From Candidatus Latescibacterota bacterium (GTDB taxonomy: Bacteria > Latescibacterota > UBA2968): 64,000 bases of DNA. A program made the translations under genes and the position numbers. The first letter of the stretch is position 1; each line of letters opens with the position of its first letter. Below are positions 10,092-19,434 of this stretch, in pieces. The DNA lies in contig OZ242320.1 of assembly GCA_965208125.1 (NCBI GenBank), forward strand, positions 2,976,001-3,040,000, in the 5' to 3' direction. The notes beneath the pieces are model-generated. The model worked only from the letters and a program-made list of their open reading frames with translations. It was not told the origin of the DNA and searched no databases.

Positions 10092-10119
10092 AATCTACTA
10101 TGAGGTAATCAGGAGTCAA
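10092..10119 (-). promoter_or_regulatory. Putative sigma-70 promoter for the DJ-1/cupin cluster
   Basis: TTGACT-N16-TAGATT on the minus strand. Confidence 0.45.
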
Positions 10120-10147
10120 GAAATTATCATATTGCATTGCTTATGAT

Positions 10148-10189
10148 AAAAAAATAAGCGACCAGGGGCATAAAGCCCAGGGTCGCTTA
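10148..10189 (-). terminator. Intrinsic terminator of ino1
   Basis: TAAGCGACC...GGTCGCTTA stem followed by a T-run on the minus strand. Confidence 0.75.
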
Positions 10190-10213
10190 ATACTACGTTG
10201 ATGGAGGAGAAGT

Positions 10214-11299
10214 TTACTCTTTCAAGCCGTATTGGCGAATAAAATCACTCGTCATTTCGCGCGCTTGATCGTCGCTAAATTGTCTGGGTGGCGATTTCAT
10301 GAGGTAAGATGATGGCCCCATCAAAGGACCTTTGAGACCGTGGTTGAGGGCGAGTTTGCAGAGTCTGACTGCGTCGATGACCACGCCCGCTGAGTTCGGT
10401 GAGTCCCAGACTTCGAGTTTGAGTTCCAGGTTGAGTGGCACGCCGCCAAAGGTTTCGCCTTCCATGCGGATATGACACCATTTGCGGTCTTCCAGCCAGG
10501 GGATGTGGTCGCTGGGACCAACGTGAATATTGTCTTCGCCCAGGTCGTAGTCGAGTTGAGAGGTGACGGCCTGTGTTTTGGAGATTTTTTTGGATTCTAA
10601 GCGTTCGCGCTCGAGCATGTTGTAAAAGTCGGTGTTGCCGCCAAAATTGAGTTGATATGTTTTGGTGAGTTTGACGCCGCGTTCGCGGAACAGGCGGGTG
10701 AGCACGCGGTGGGTGATGGTGGCGCCGACCTGTGATTTGATGTCGTCTCCGATGAGGGGCAGGCCGCGTTTTTCAAAGCGTTCGGGCCAGTGTCCGGCAC
10801 TGGCGATAAAGACGGGCATGCAGTTGACAAAAGCACATCCGGCTTGCAGGACTTGTTCCACATACCACTTGGTGGCCTGTTCGCTGCCCACGGGCAGGTA
10901 ATTGACGACGACATCTGTGCGCGTGGCTTTGAGGATTTCGGCAATGTCAACGGTATCGCCTTCGGCTTTTGTGATGACTTGATCGAGGTATTTGCCCAGG
11001 CCATCGTGGGTCATGCCGCGGTAAACGGGAACGTCGAGGTGGGGGACATCGGCAAATTTGATGGTGTTGTTGGGGTGTGCAAAAATGGCTTCGCTCAAGT
11101 CTTTGCCCACTTTTTCAGCATTGACGTCAAAGGCTGCGGAAAATTCAATGTCGCGGATGTGATAGCCGCCCAGGTTGGGGTGCATCAATCCGGGGATGAA
11201 ATCATCTTCAGAAGCGTTTTTGTAGTATTCGATGCCCTGTATGAGGGAGGATGCACAGTTGCCTGCACCGATGATGGCGACTCGGACTTTGGAGGACAT
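10214..11299 (-). CDS. ino1: myo-inositol-1-phosphate synthase
   Basis: [51 protein letters not shown]. Confidence 0.96.
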   Translation of the reverse strand: MSSKVRVAIIGAGNCASSLIQGIEYYKNASEDDFIPGLMHPNLGGYHIRDIEFSAAFDVNAEKVGKDLSEAIFAHPNNTIKFADVPHLDVPVYRGMTHDGLGKYLDQVITKAEGDTVDIAEILKATRTDVVVNYLPVGSEQATKWYVEQVLQAGCAFVNCMPVFIASAGHWPERFEKRGLPLIGDDIKSQVGATITHRVLTRLFRERGVKLTKTYQLNFGGNTDFYNMLERERLESKKISKTQAVTSQLDYDLGEDNIHVGPSDHIPWLEDRKWCHIRMEGETFGGVPLNLELKLEVWDSPNSAGVVIDAVRLCKLALNHGLKGPLMGPSSYLMKSPPRQFSDDQAREMTSDFIRQYGLKE

Positions 11300-11395
11300 G
11301 GTGCGTCTCCTTAAAGAGAAGGTGTTTAAGGTATTGTCGGGCAAAATGTCTGTGATTTTTTCTTATTAGACAAATCAATAATTACTATATTATAT

Positions 11396-11410
11396 ATAGA
11401 TAAAATCTAT
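11396..11410. promoter_or_regulatory. LysR-type operator (T-N11-A)
   Basis: Perfect palindrome ATAGAT-AAA-ATCTAT between divergent ino1 and lysR. Confidence 0.65.
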
Positions 11411-11437
11411 GGGTTGCATTTCGAATAGGAGCGAGAG

Positions 11438-12361
11438 ATGAATCTTTATCATTTGCGCTATTTTTTGTCTGTTGCACAGACCGGGAGTTTTAGTCAGGCA
11501 GCACGGGAGATGCATGTGACTCAGCCAACGGTGAGCAGTGGTATTGCGGAATTGGAAAAGACAATGGGGGTACGGCTTTTTAACCGGGGAGGCAAGCGCG
11601 TGGCGCTGACAATGGAAGGGCGCACGCTGGTGAATTATGCGATGCAGATTCAGGATCTGGTCGAAGAAGTAGAAGACCACTTGCAGCGGCGCGATGTGTT
11701 GCCTGGGGAGGGGTTTCAGTTTGGCGCGATTGATGCGGCTGTGACGTATTTATTACCGGATATTTTGAAGGATTACAGGCGTGCTTATCCCGATGTTTCT
11801 CTGTCGGCACAGGTGGCGCCATCGCGCTATCTGGTGGATGATTTGCTGATGAATCGCTCTGAGTTTGCGGTTATTTCACTGCCTTATGATCATCCGCGTG
11901 TGGAGACGGTGTCGATTTATCGAGATTCTATGCCGCTGGTGGTGGGGGCATCTCATCCTTTTGCCGCGCGAGAAAGCGCGACTTTGCAAGAGGTGGTGCA
12001 AGAGCCTTTGATCCTGTTTCACACGGATTCAATATCGCGCAAAATTGTGGATGAGCGATTTGGGGAAGCAGGTGTGTCTCCCGGCGGGGTGATGGAGATG
12101 CGAAGCCCGGAGGCGATGCGAAAGCTGGTGGAGGTCGGTGTTGGGATTTCGTTTTTGCCTATGCTAACTGTGCAGGAGTCCCTAAGTGCCGGGGCGTTAA
12201 AGGTGGTGGATGTGGAGGGGGTGGCATTTAGCCGCGAGGTCGGCGTGGCGTGGAGGCGAGGACGCTATTTTAGTGCGGCGATTCGGTATTTGATTGAGGC
12301 GATTTTTGAAGCATACCAGGGGCTGGATATCTGGCACGAGAAGGTGGGAAGTGCTAAATGA
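11438..12361 (+). CDS. LysR family transcriptional regulator
   Basis: GSFSQAAREMHVTQPTVSSGIAELE..GVRLFNR plus a substrate-binding domain. Confidence 0.96.
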   Translation: MNLYHLRYFLSVAQTGSFSQAAREMHVTQPTVSSGIAELEKTMGVRLFNRGGKRVALTMEGRTLVNYAMQIQDLVEEVEDHLQRRDVLPGEGFQFGAIDAAVTYLLPDILKDYRRAYPDVSLSAQVAPSRYLVDDLLMNRSEFAVISLPYDHPRVETVSIYRDSMPLVVGASHPFAARESATLQEVVQEPLILFHTDSISRKIVDERFGEAGVSPGGVMEMRSPEAMRKLVEVGVGISFLPMLTVQESLSAGALKVVDVEGVAFSREVGVAWRRGRYFSAAIRYLIEAIFEAYQGLDIWHEKVGSAK

Positions 12362-12365
12362 GTAT

Positions 12366-13535
12366 CTACAACTTAAACGTTTTGCGTTCGGTTTGTTCAA
12401 GGGTTTGTTCGATGAGGGGGACGAGGTTGAGTGTGGATTCGATTTCGCGGACTTTTTCCAAATTGGCACGCGTTTCGGGGTGTTTGGGTACAAAGACAGA
12501 GCAACAATCTTCGTAGGGTTCAATGGAGATTTGATATGTGCCAATGCGTCGTGCTTCGTTGATAATTTCTTCTTTGTTGTCACCGGCCAATGGACGCAAG
12601 ATGGGTAGCGGAGTCACTTCTTCGATGACGCGCAGGTTCGACAGGGTTTGCGAGGCGACCTGCCCGACGTTTTCGCCTGTTACGAGTGCCAGGGCATCGA
12701 CTTTTTGGGCAATGGCTTCTGCAATGCGGAGCATGGCGCGGCGGTAGAGAATGACGCGGTAGCTCGCGGGTGCTCGCATCATTATATGGCGTTGAATTTC
12801 GACAAATGGCACCAGGTACAGGTCCGACACGTATTGATGCCGGGTGAGGAGTTGCACGAGGTCTTCGGTGTTGCGCTGGGAGTTGCGATTGGTATAAGGT
12901 TGACTGTGAAAATGCACATAAGTCAGTTTGACGCCGCGTTTCATAATTTTGTAAGAAGCCACGGGTGAGTCAATTCCCGAAGAGATGAGGCTTACAGCGC
13001 GTTCATTGGATCCGACGGGCAAGCCCCCTGGTGCCGGGATTTTTTCGGCGTAGATAAATATGCGTTGTGGGGCAATTTCAATAAAACAGGTGAGATCCGG
13101 ATTGTCCATCAGGACTCGGGTACCGGATAGGGTTTGAATATGCTTGCCCACATCCCGATTGATTTGATCCGAATTGAGCGGAAAGGTTTTGTCGCCGCGT
13201 TTGGTGACAATTTTGAAGGATTGGAAGTCGGTTTTTTGTGCGAGTGTCCAGGCTGTTTCTCGAATGGCTTCGATATTGCGTTTGGCGACGACTGCTTCGG
13301 AAAAGTTGGCGATGCCAAAGACTGTTGAGAGTCGTTCTCGGATTACATCTATCGGTGATTCTGAGGTGAGTGCAAGCATCATGCGGCCCGATAGGCGTTC
13401 GAGCTTTCCACAGGGTACGCCTTTGAGTGCACGGGTGATGTTGGTCATCAGGTGCCGTTCAAATTTGCCCCGATTTTTGCCTTTGAGGCCAATTTCGTGA
13501 TAGTGTATGAGTATGAAGCGGTCGTTGGTCATCAT
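12366..13535 (-). CDS. thiI: tRNA 4-thiouridine synthase ThiI (no rhodanese domain)
   Basis: HYHEIGLKGKNR, THUMP domain, SSGIDSPVA PP-loop, GQVASQTLSN, EDCC. Confidence 0.95.
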   Translation of the reverse strand: MMTNDRFILIHYHEIGLKGKNRGKFERHLMTNITRALKGVPCGKLERLSGRMMLALTSESPIDVIRERLSTVFGIANFSEAVVAKRNIEAIRETAWTLAQKTDFQSFKIVTKRGDKTFPLNSDQINRDVGKHIQTLSGTRVLMDNPDLTCFIEIAPQRIFIYAEKIPAPGGLPVGSNERAVSLISSGIDSPVASYKIMKRGVKLTYVHFHSQPYTNRNSQRNTEDLVQLLTRHQYVSDLYLVPFVEIQRHIMMRAPASYRVILYRRAMLRIAEAIAQKVDALALVTGENVGQVASQTLSNLRVIEEVTPLPILRPLAGDNKEEIINEARRIGTYQISIEPYEDCCSVFVPKHPETRANLEKVREIESTLNLVPLIEQTLEQTERKTFKL

Positions 13536-15121
13536 GAGATGGGTCGGGGATTAAGGGATAAATCGCGCTGGAGAATAACGAGGGTTATGTCGTCGGTGCG
13601 CCGCGCTTTGCCAATAAAGGATTTGACATTGGCGACGAGGTCGGCAATCAGGTCTGTGGGTGTCTGATCTATGGATGCGCGTTCGAGGCAACGGACAAAT
13701 CGGTCGTCGTCAAAGAAGTTGCGTTTGGCATTTTGGGCTTCGACAACACCATCGGAGTAGAGCACGAGGCGATCACCGGGCGCGAGTGTTAAATGCTCAA
13801 CGCGATAAGGCGTTTGGGGGCGTACGAGTGCCGGGATTCCAAGAGGATAGCCCGTGATGTCGATAAATTGAGATTGATTGGATAGGTGGATAGGTGGACA
13901 GTGTCCTGCACTTGCAAGCGTGACTTCGCCTGTGGGTACGTCGAGTACGGCGATGCAGCAGGTAATAAATGTCGTGTGGTCAATTTGGCCTTCCAGGGAG
14001 TCATTAAGACCGTCGAGAATATCGGCTGGTGCAACGCGATTTTGACATTCATAGCGGAGTATTTCATTGAAACGCACGGCGGTCACGGCTGCTTCCATGG
14101 CTTTGCCAGAGACATCGGCAACGACGATGCCGAGTTTTGTTTTGTCTTTATCCAACCAGCGGTACGTATAGTAATCCCCGCCGACGCTGTTGGCGGGAAT
14201 ACACGTTCCGTCGAGTGTAAAACCCGGCAGGTCGGGACTGGATTGTGGCAATAGACCCATTTGCATGTCGTGTGCTGTTTGCAATTCATCGCGCATTTCC
14301 GAAAATTGTTGTTTGTAGCTTTCCCACTGTCGCGCTTCTTCGCAAAGGGTCTGGTTGTAGGCCGATGCAAAAATTCCGAGGGCGAGGGGTTGAAAGAGGG
14401 CGAAGACACAGAGTTGGGCTAAGGCATTGTCGATGATGCTATCGGTGAGAGCGACCGAGCCTGCAAGAATTCCGAGCGCGGTGAGTATAAGCGCACAGTG
14501 GCGAAAGAAGCCGTAGCGTTCTACGGCTTTGCGACTTTCGACATAGGCTTCGTCGATGTGTACCCCCCGGTCTGCTGCCAGAAGATAGATGTAGAAGCAT
14601 TTGACAACAAAAATGAGGCCGGGTAAAAATAAGAGGCAAGCTGCCGGAATGACGGCATAATAAATAATATTTTTGTCTTCTAAGAATCTTCCAATGTTTT
14701 CTGGTGCAGCGGGGATATCCCAGGTCGTTTCCCGGGCGACGACCTGTTTGAATGCATTGAGCAGGAATGCAAAGAAATCACTGTTCACAAAAACCAGTGC
14801 TACAATGAGGGCGAAGCCGAGAATAAAAAACAGGAAGATAAAAATGTTCATCGAGAAAAAACGGATGAAACGAATGATCTGTCCAAATAGATCTCGCATA
14901 GCGGGTTTTTCCCCTTGTTGCGCACGCAAGATCATGATGGCAAAGCCAGCATATAAGCTGCCCAGGAGCAAAGTGCCCGATAGCACACTCAGGATTATTG
15001 CCAAAAATGAAGCGAGAAACAAAATGGGCAGGTGACTTGCCCAGGAGGATATGCTGTCGTTGAGACAGCGAAGGTATTGGAGATTTGCCCGAACGGGGAT
15101 ATCGAGAGCCATAATAATCAA
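13532..15121 (-). CDS. Membrane-bound PP2C/SpoIIE (RsbU-like) phosphatase
   Basis: Multi-TM N-terminus; ELQTAHDMQMGLLP, VGGDYY, VADVSG, LYSDGVVE, DDIT. Confidence 0.92.
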   Translation of the reverse strand: MIIMALDIPVRANLQYLRCLNDSISSWASHLPILFLASFLAIILSVLSGTLLLGSLYAGFAIMILRAQQGEKPAMRDLFGQIIRFIRFFSMNIFIFLFFILGFALIVALVFVNSDFFAFLLNAFKQVVARETTWDIPAAPENIGRFLEDKNIIYYAVIPAACLLFLPGLIFVVKCFYIYLLAADRGVHIDEAYVESRKAVERYGFFRHCALILTALGILAGSVALTDSIIDNALAQLCVFALFQPLALGIFASAYNQTLCEEARQWESYKQQFSEMRDELQTAHDMQMGLLPQSSPDLPGFTLDGTCIPANSVGGDYYTYRWLDKDKTKLGIVVADVSGKAMEAAVTAVRFNEILRYECQNRVAPADILDGLNDSLEGQIDHTTFITCCIAVLDVPTGEVTLASAGHCPPIHLSNQSQFIDITGYPLGIPALVRPQTPYRVEHLTLAPGDRLVLYSDGVVEAQNAKRNFFDDDRFVRCLERASIDQTPTDLIADLVANVKSFIGKARRTDDITLVILQRDLSLNPRPIS

Positions 15122-16527
15122 GGTTTTTCTTTGTTGAGTTTGTATTTGCGGTACAGGTGGCGAAATTGGTCGTAGCTGAGTTTGAGTTGTTTGGCGGCTT
15201 CGCGCTGGTTCCAGGAGACTTTATTGAGAATGCGTCGCAATAGACTCAGTTCAAAGGATTGCACTTGTGATTCAAAGCCGTCGTTCAATTCGGGCGATTG
15301 GGGCGCTTGTTGAGAAACTTCGGGGGGCAGATCGTCGGATTCAATCTCAGTTCCACGGGCGACACAGGCTGCGCGTTCGGCCGCAAATTTGAGTTCGCGC
15401 ACATTGCCAGGCCAGCTATATGTCGTCAGGCGTTCTATTGCCGCATCGGAAAAATTGCGTTTTTGAAGGCCCGGTACTTCCTCGACGATTTGCGCGACAA
15501 AATAATCGGCTAATGCGGGAATGTCTTCGCGGCGTTCGCGCAACGGGGGCATGTGCAAGACTTCAAAGCGCAATCTGTCGTAGAGGTCCTGGCGGAATCG
15601 GCCTTCGGCAATTTCCGTTTCGAGATCGGTATTTGTGGCGGCTATAACGCGAACATCGACAAAGATGGGGGTCGCACTGCCCACGCGCTGAATTTCGCTG
15701 TATTCAATGGCACGCAATACGTTTTGCTGAAATTCGGGGGTGGTGTTGCCGATTTCATCGAGGAATAGGGTGCCGCCACTCGCGGCTTCAAATTTGCCCG
15801 TGCGGGCTTCTGTTGCGCCCGTATAAGCCCCTTTTTCGTGTCCAAAGAGTTCGCTTTCGAGCAATTGGTCGGCAATGGCGGCGCAATTGACTTTGACAAA
15901 GGGACGGTCTTTGCGGTCACTGCCATAGTGGATGGCAGCGGCGACGAGTTCTTTGCCCGTTCCGGGTTCGCCTGTGATGAGCGCGGGCCGGGGGATGGGG
16001 GCTACGGTTTGCGCTCGCTGGAGAATTTGCTGGAGTTTGGGGCTGGAGCCGATGATTTGATAGCGCTTGCCAAATTCGTCCCGGTAGAATTGGTTTTCGC
16101 GTCCCAGGTCCTGAACTTCTGCCCGCAGTTGGGCATTTTCCCTGAGTGCTTGATAAACGCGGTCGAGTTTTTCAAGGCTGAGTTCGATTTTGTCTTCGAT
16201 ATAAAAGTCTTTTTCAATAAAGTCTGTTGCGCCCAATCGCAATGCAGCTACGGCAGTATCTATTGTGCCCTGTCCGGTGAGCATAATGACGGGCAGATCG
16301 GGAACCGATTCGAGCATTTGTGGCAAAATTTCGAGACCATCGGGTTCCTCGGGTCCGTAATCGAGGTCGAGAATGGCCAGGCCAATCTGATTGGGATGCT
16401 GTTGCAGATATGTTAGCGCTTCGCGCCCGGTCGAGAAGGCATGGACTTTGCGCGTGTCGTCTCGCAGGCTTCGAATCAGCATGTCGAGGACTTCTATCTG
16501 GTCGTCAGCAACGATAATTTCGGTCAT
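15118..16527 (-). CDS. Sigma-54 enhancer-binding response regulator (REC + AAA+ + HTH), PspF-like
   Basis: REC domain (ADD, ILDL, T, K); GEPGTGKE, ESELFGHEKGAYTGA; PspF-like DRLRFEV and C-terminal LSYDQFRHLYRKY. Confidence 0.92.
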   Translation of the reverse strand: MTEIIVADDQIEVLDMLIRSLRDDTRKVHAFSTGREALTYLQQHPNQIGLAILDLDYGPEEPDGLEILPQMLESVPDLPVIMLTGQGTIDTAVAALRLGATDFIEKDFYIEDKIELSLEKLDRVYQALRENAQLRAEVQDLGRENQFYRDEFGKRYQIIGSSPKLQQILQRAQTVAPIPRPALITGEPGTGKELVAAAIHYGSDRKDRPFVKVNCAAIADQLLESELFGHEKGAYTGATEARTGKFEAASGGTLFLDEIGNTTPEFQQNVLRAIEYSEIQRVGSATPIFVDVRVIAATNTDLETEIAEGRFRQDLYDRLRFEVLHMPPLRERREDIPALADYFVAQIVEEVPGLQKRNFSDAAIERLTTYSWPGNVRELKFAAERAACVARGTEIESDDLPPEVSQQAPQSPELNDGFESQVQSFELSLLRRILNKVSWNQREAAKQLKLSYDQFRHLYRKYKLNKEKP

Positions 16528-16549
16528 GGGAGAAATATTGAAAAGGGTC

Positions 16550-17809
16550 TTATTGAATAAATTCTTCTGCTATAGGATCGCGTGAGGTATCGGGTACGCT
16601 GTGCTGCAGTCCAATGCTGTCTTGTTGTGTTGAGACTTCAAAATCGACGGGCAGGTCAATGCGAAAAACCGCACCTGCGCCCGGGCGGCTGATCACGCGC
16701 AGCGTGCCGCGGTGTGCCGCTGCAATGCGAGAGCAGATACTCAGCCCATATCCATTGCCCCTTTCCCGCGTTGAAAATCCGGGGTCAAATATGCGGGTTT
16801 GCAAATTTTCGGGAATGCCGGGACCATTGTCTTCCACTTCAATATATACCGAACTGCGCTCTGTATCGGCGCCGACCTGTACTGTTACCACGCCATTATT
16901 TTCAACGGCTTCGATGGCGTTGAGAGTCAGGTTTGTGACGGCTTCAGATAACATGCCAGCGTCTGCTTTTACCTGAGGTACATGAGGTTCGGCGGCAAAG
17001 ATGAGTTCTTTGTCCCCTGCTCGTGCAGAGAGTCTGTGGGTCATTTTTTCAATGAGTTGGGACACATCGACCAGCGCGGGATTCATAGTGTCTTGTTTCA
17101 TAGACCGCAAATAGGCAACCCATTGGTTGTAGATGTGTTCTTGTTCGTACGCGATGTCTTTTAGATCATCCAGGCCGTGTGTATCTGGCGGTAAATTGCG
17201 TATGGCGCGGCGCATTCGGCTGCCGGAGAGACCCATCAGATTTTTGATGCGGTGGCCGTGCGTGTAGAGGCTTTCATAGACTTGGGCACGTCCCAGGTCT
17301 ATGAGCTCGAGAGAGAGTCGTGCGAGAATGCCCGGTGCTCTAACACCAAATTCTTCGGTGATGCTTTCGTATTCGCGTTCCATTTGTGCTGGGCTCATGT
17401 GGTGAAAGAGCAATCGAGCGAGATTTCCATAGGGCAACATGTAATCGGGTTCGAGGTGTATGGCGATTTTAAACTCGCCAAGTGCCGATAAAATTTGCCC
17501 ATTTTGCATGAGCAAAACGCCCAGGTTGTTATGCCCGGGCGCGAAGAGGGGATCGGCTTCTAAACCCCGGCGGTAAACGGCAATCGCTCGAGATGCGTTT
17601 TCAGGAAAGTCATCGAGCAGGCTGCCCAACAAAAAACAGACGCGGTCAATGAGGGCTTGTTCACCACCCCGGTTATCAGACAAAATGTATTCGAGGTGTT
17701 CAACCGCTTTTTTGTAGTCGTCTGAACCCGGTGTTGCCCCGCGAGCGTGTTGCAGCGCCATTTGGAAACGGGCTTCCAGATCGGGGATTATGTTCAGGGT
17801 GTTGGACAT
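16550..17809 (-). CDS. Soluble TPR-containing histidine kinase
   Basis: TPR motifs (HNNLGVLL, YGNLARL); H-box HRIKNLMG; N, G1, F and G2 boxes (NLTLNAIEA, DNGPGI, IFDPGFST, GNGYGL); no TM segment. Confidence 0.88.
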   Translation of the reverse strand: MSNTLNIIPDLEARFQMALQHARGATPGSDDYKKAVEHLEYILSDNRGGEQALIDRVCFLLGSLLDDFPENASRAIAVYRRGLEADPLFAPGHNNLGVLLMQNGQILSALGEFKIAIHLEPDYMLPYGNLARLLFHHMSPAQMEREYESITEEFGVRAPGILARLSLELIDLGRAQVYESLYTHGHRIKNLMGLSGSRMRRAIRNLPPDTHGLDDLKDIAYEQEHIYNQWVAYLRSMKQDTMNPALVDVSQLIEKMTHRLSARAGDKELIFAAEPHVPQVKADAGMLSEAVTNLTLNAIEAVENNGVVTVQVGADTERSSVYIEVEDNGPGIPENLQTRIFDPGFSTRERGNGYGLSICSRIAAAHRGTLRVISRPGAGAVFRIDLPVDFEVSTQQDSIGLQHSVPDTSRDPIAEEFIQ

Positions 17810-17831
17810 GGTTGTACTTATGCGTTGTAGC

Positions 17832-19418
17832 CTACGCCTCTGCGTCTTCTGTGGTATCGGGTTTACCGTTTTCCCCGGATGTTTGTTCGCCGTTCATTTT
17901 GCCCAAAAATTCGGGTAATTCAAGCCCTGCCAGACGCGCCAGATCGTGCATGGGCGGTATGGCACCCATGAGGCGTTGTCCCAGGTTGGACATGCCACTG
18001 TCGCCATTGCCGCTGTCCCAGACCATTACTTTGTCGATGGGTAAGTTGCTAATGGCTTCTGCCTGGATGTTGGCGACATCGGTGAGGCGTTCGATGATCA
18101 GAAAGGCCGCTGCTGCCTGGTCGTTGCTGCCACAGGCTTCGACGAGTTGTCTGTATCCTTCGGCTTTGGCGTTGAGAATGGCCTGAGTCCCCTGAGCTTC
18201 GGCCTGTTTTTGCGCGAGAATGGCTGCGGCTTCACCTTCGGCAATAAGTCGTCGCTGTTCTTTTTCGGCTTCTGCCTGAACGACCTGGCGTTGTTTTTCG
18301 GCTTCTGCCTGAACGACGATTTCTGCACGCAGGCGCGCTTCCTCGCGCAGTGCTCGGGCTTCTTCGGCTGCTTTTTCCGCGGTTTCCTGGGCGACGCGAA
18401 TAGCGCCGTCCGTGGCTTTGGTCGCTTCTTCTGATTTTCGGCGCGCGTCTTCTTCAGCAACGCGTTGTCCCGCGCGATAGCCCGCTGTTTTTGCTTCTGC
18501 TTCTGTTTCTGACTGTACGGCTTCTGCTTCGAGAGCCGCGACATTCTGGCGTTTGTCTCGCCCGGCCTCTGCTTCGCCGATTTCAGCTTCTGATTCGAGT
18601 GCGGCAACTTGTCGTCGTCTGTCTCGCGCAGCTTCTGATTCGCCGATTTCAGCTTCTGATTCGAGTGCTGCGACCTGTCGTCGTCTGTTTCGCGCAGCTT
18701 CGGCTTCGCCAACTTCGGCTTCTGATTCGGCTGCGGCGACGTCCCGACGCCGGTCGCGTGCGCGTTCGGCCACGCCAACCTGCCCGTGTCGTTCTTGTTC
18801 GGCCACGTCGATAGATGCCTGGTTTACGGCTTCGGCTGCTGCTTTTTGGCCGATGGCTTTGATGTAGCCGCTTTCGTCGTCGAGGTCTTTGATGTTGACG
18901 TTGATAACGGCCAGACCAATTTTTTCCATTTCAGTGGAGACGGCATCATTTACTTTGGTCATGAATGCCTGTCGGTCCTGATTGATTTCTTCAATTTGCA
19001 TGGTTGCAATGACTGCGCGCATCTGGCCGAGGATGATGTCCTGTGCCTGGCTCTGAATTTGATCGCGGGACAGGCCCAGGAGGCGGATGGCCGCGTTTTG
19101 CATGACGCCGGGCTGATTGGAGACAGCCGCTGTGACTGTGGTGGGCACGGATACGCGGATGTTTTCCTGTGAAAGCGCGTTGTCCAGGTCGATGGGTACG
19201 ACAAAGGGTTCGAGGTCGAGGTATTCGTAGTCCTGCAATAGGGGCAGGACAAAAGCTGCGCCACCGTGTACACATTTTGCGGCTGTGCCTCCTCCTGTTT
19301 TGCCGTATATGACGAGAATTTTGTTGGATGGGCAGCGCTTGTAACGCGATATGAATGTGAGGAATAGCAATAATACAACGGCTGCCAGGATGACGATGAG
19401 AATGAATTCGTTGGGCAT
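17832..19418 (-). CDS. Flotillin (SPFH + flotillin coiled coil)
   Basis: N-terminal TM, RYKRCPSNKILVIYGK, SPFH core, AEA-rich coil; RBS AAGGAGG before MPNEF. Confidence 0.95.
   Translation of the reverse strand: MPNEFILIVILAAVVLLLFLTFISRYKRCPSNKILVIYGKTGGGTAAKCVHGGAAFVLPLLQDYEYLDLEPFVVPIDLDNALSQENIRVSVPTTVTAAVSNQPGVMQNAAIRLLGLSRDQIQSQAQDIILGQMRAVIATMQIEEINQDRQAFMTKVNDAVSTEMEKIGLAVINVNIKDLDDESGYIKAIGQKAAAEAVNQASIDVAEQERHGQVGVAERARDRRRDVAAAESEAEVGEAEAARNRRRQVAALESEAEIGESEAARDRRRQVAALESEAEIGEAEAGRDKRQNVAALEAEAVQSETEAEAKTAGYRAGQRVAEEDARRKSEEATKATDGAIRVAQETAEKAAEEARALREEARLRAEIVVQAEAEKQRQVVQAEAEKEQRRLIAEGEAAAILAQKQAEAQGTQAILNAKAEGYRQLVEACGSNDQAAAAFLIIERLTDVANIQAEAISNLPIDKVMVWDSGNGDSGMSNLGQRLMGAIPPMHDLARLAGLELPEFLGKMNGEQTSGENGKPDTTEDAEA
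18507..18770 (-). repeat. Four tandem 66-bp (22-aa) repeats within flotillin
   Basis: AERARDRRRDVAAAESEAEVGE / AEAARNRRRQVAALESEAEIGE / SEAARDRRRQVAALESEAEIGE / AEAGRDKRQNVAALEAEAVQSE. Confidence 0.9.
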
Positions 19419-19434
19419 TGTACCTCCTTTAAGT

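Noticed and set aside
18507-18770. Regular repeats as a possible CRISPR array
   Set aside because: In-frame coding repeats with no unique spacers, and no cas genes nearby.
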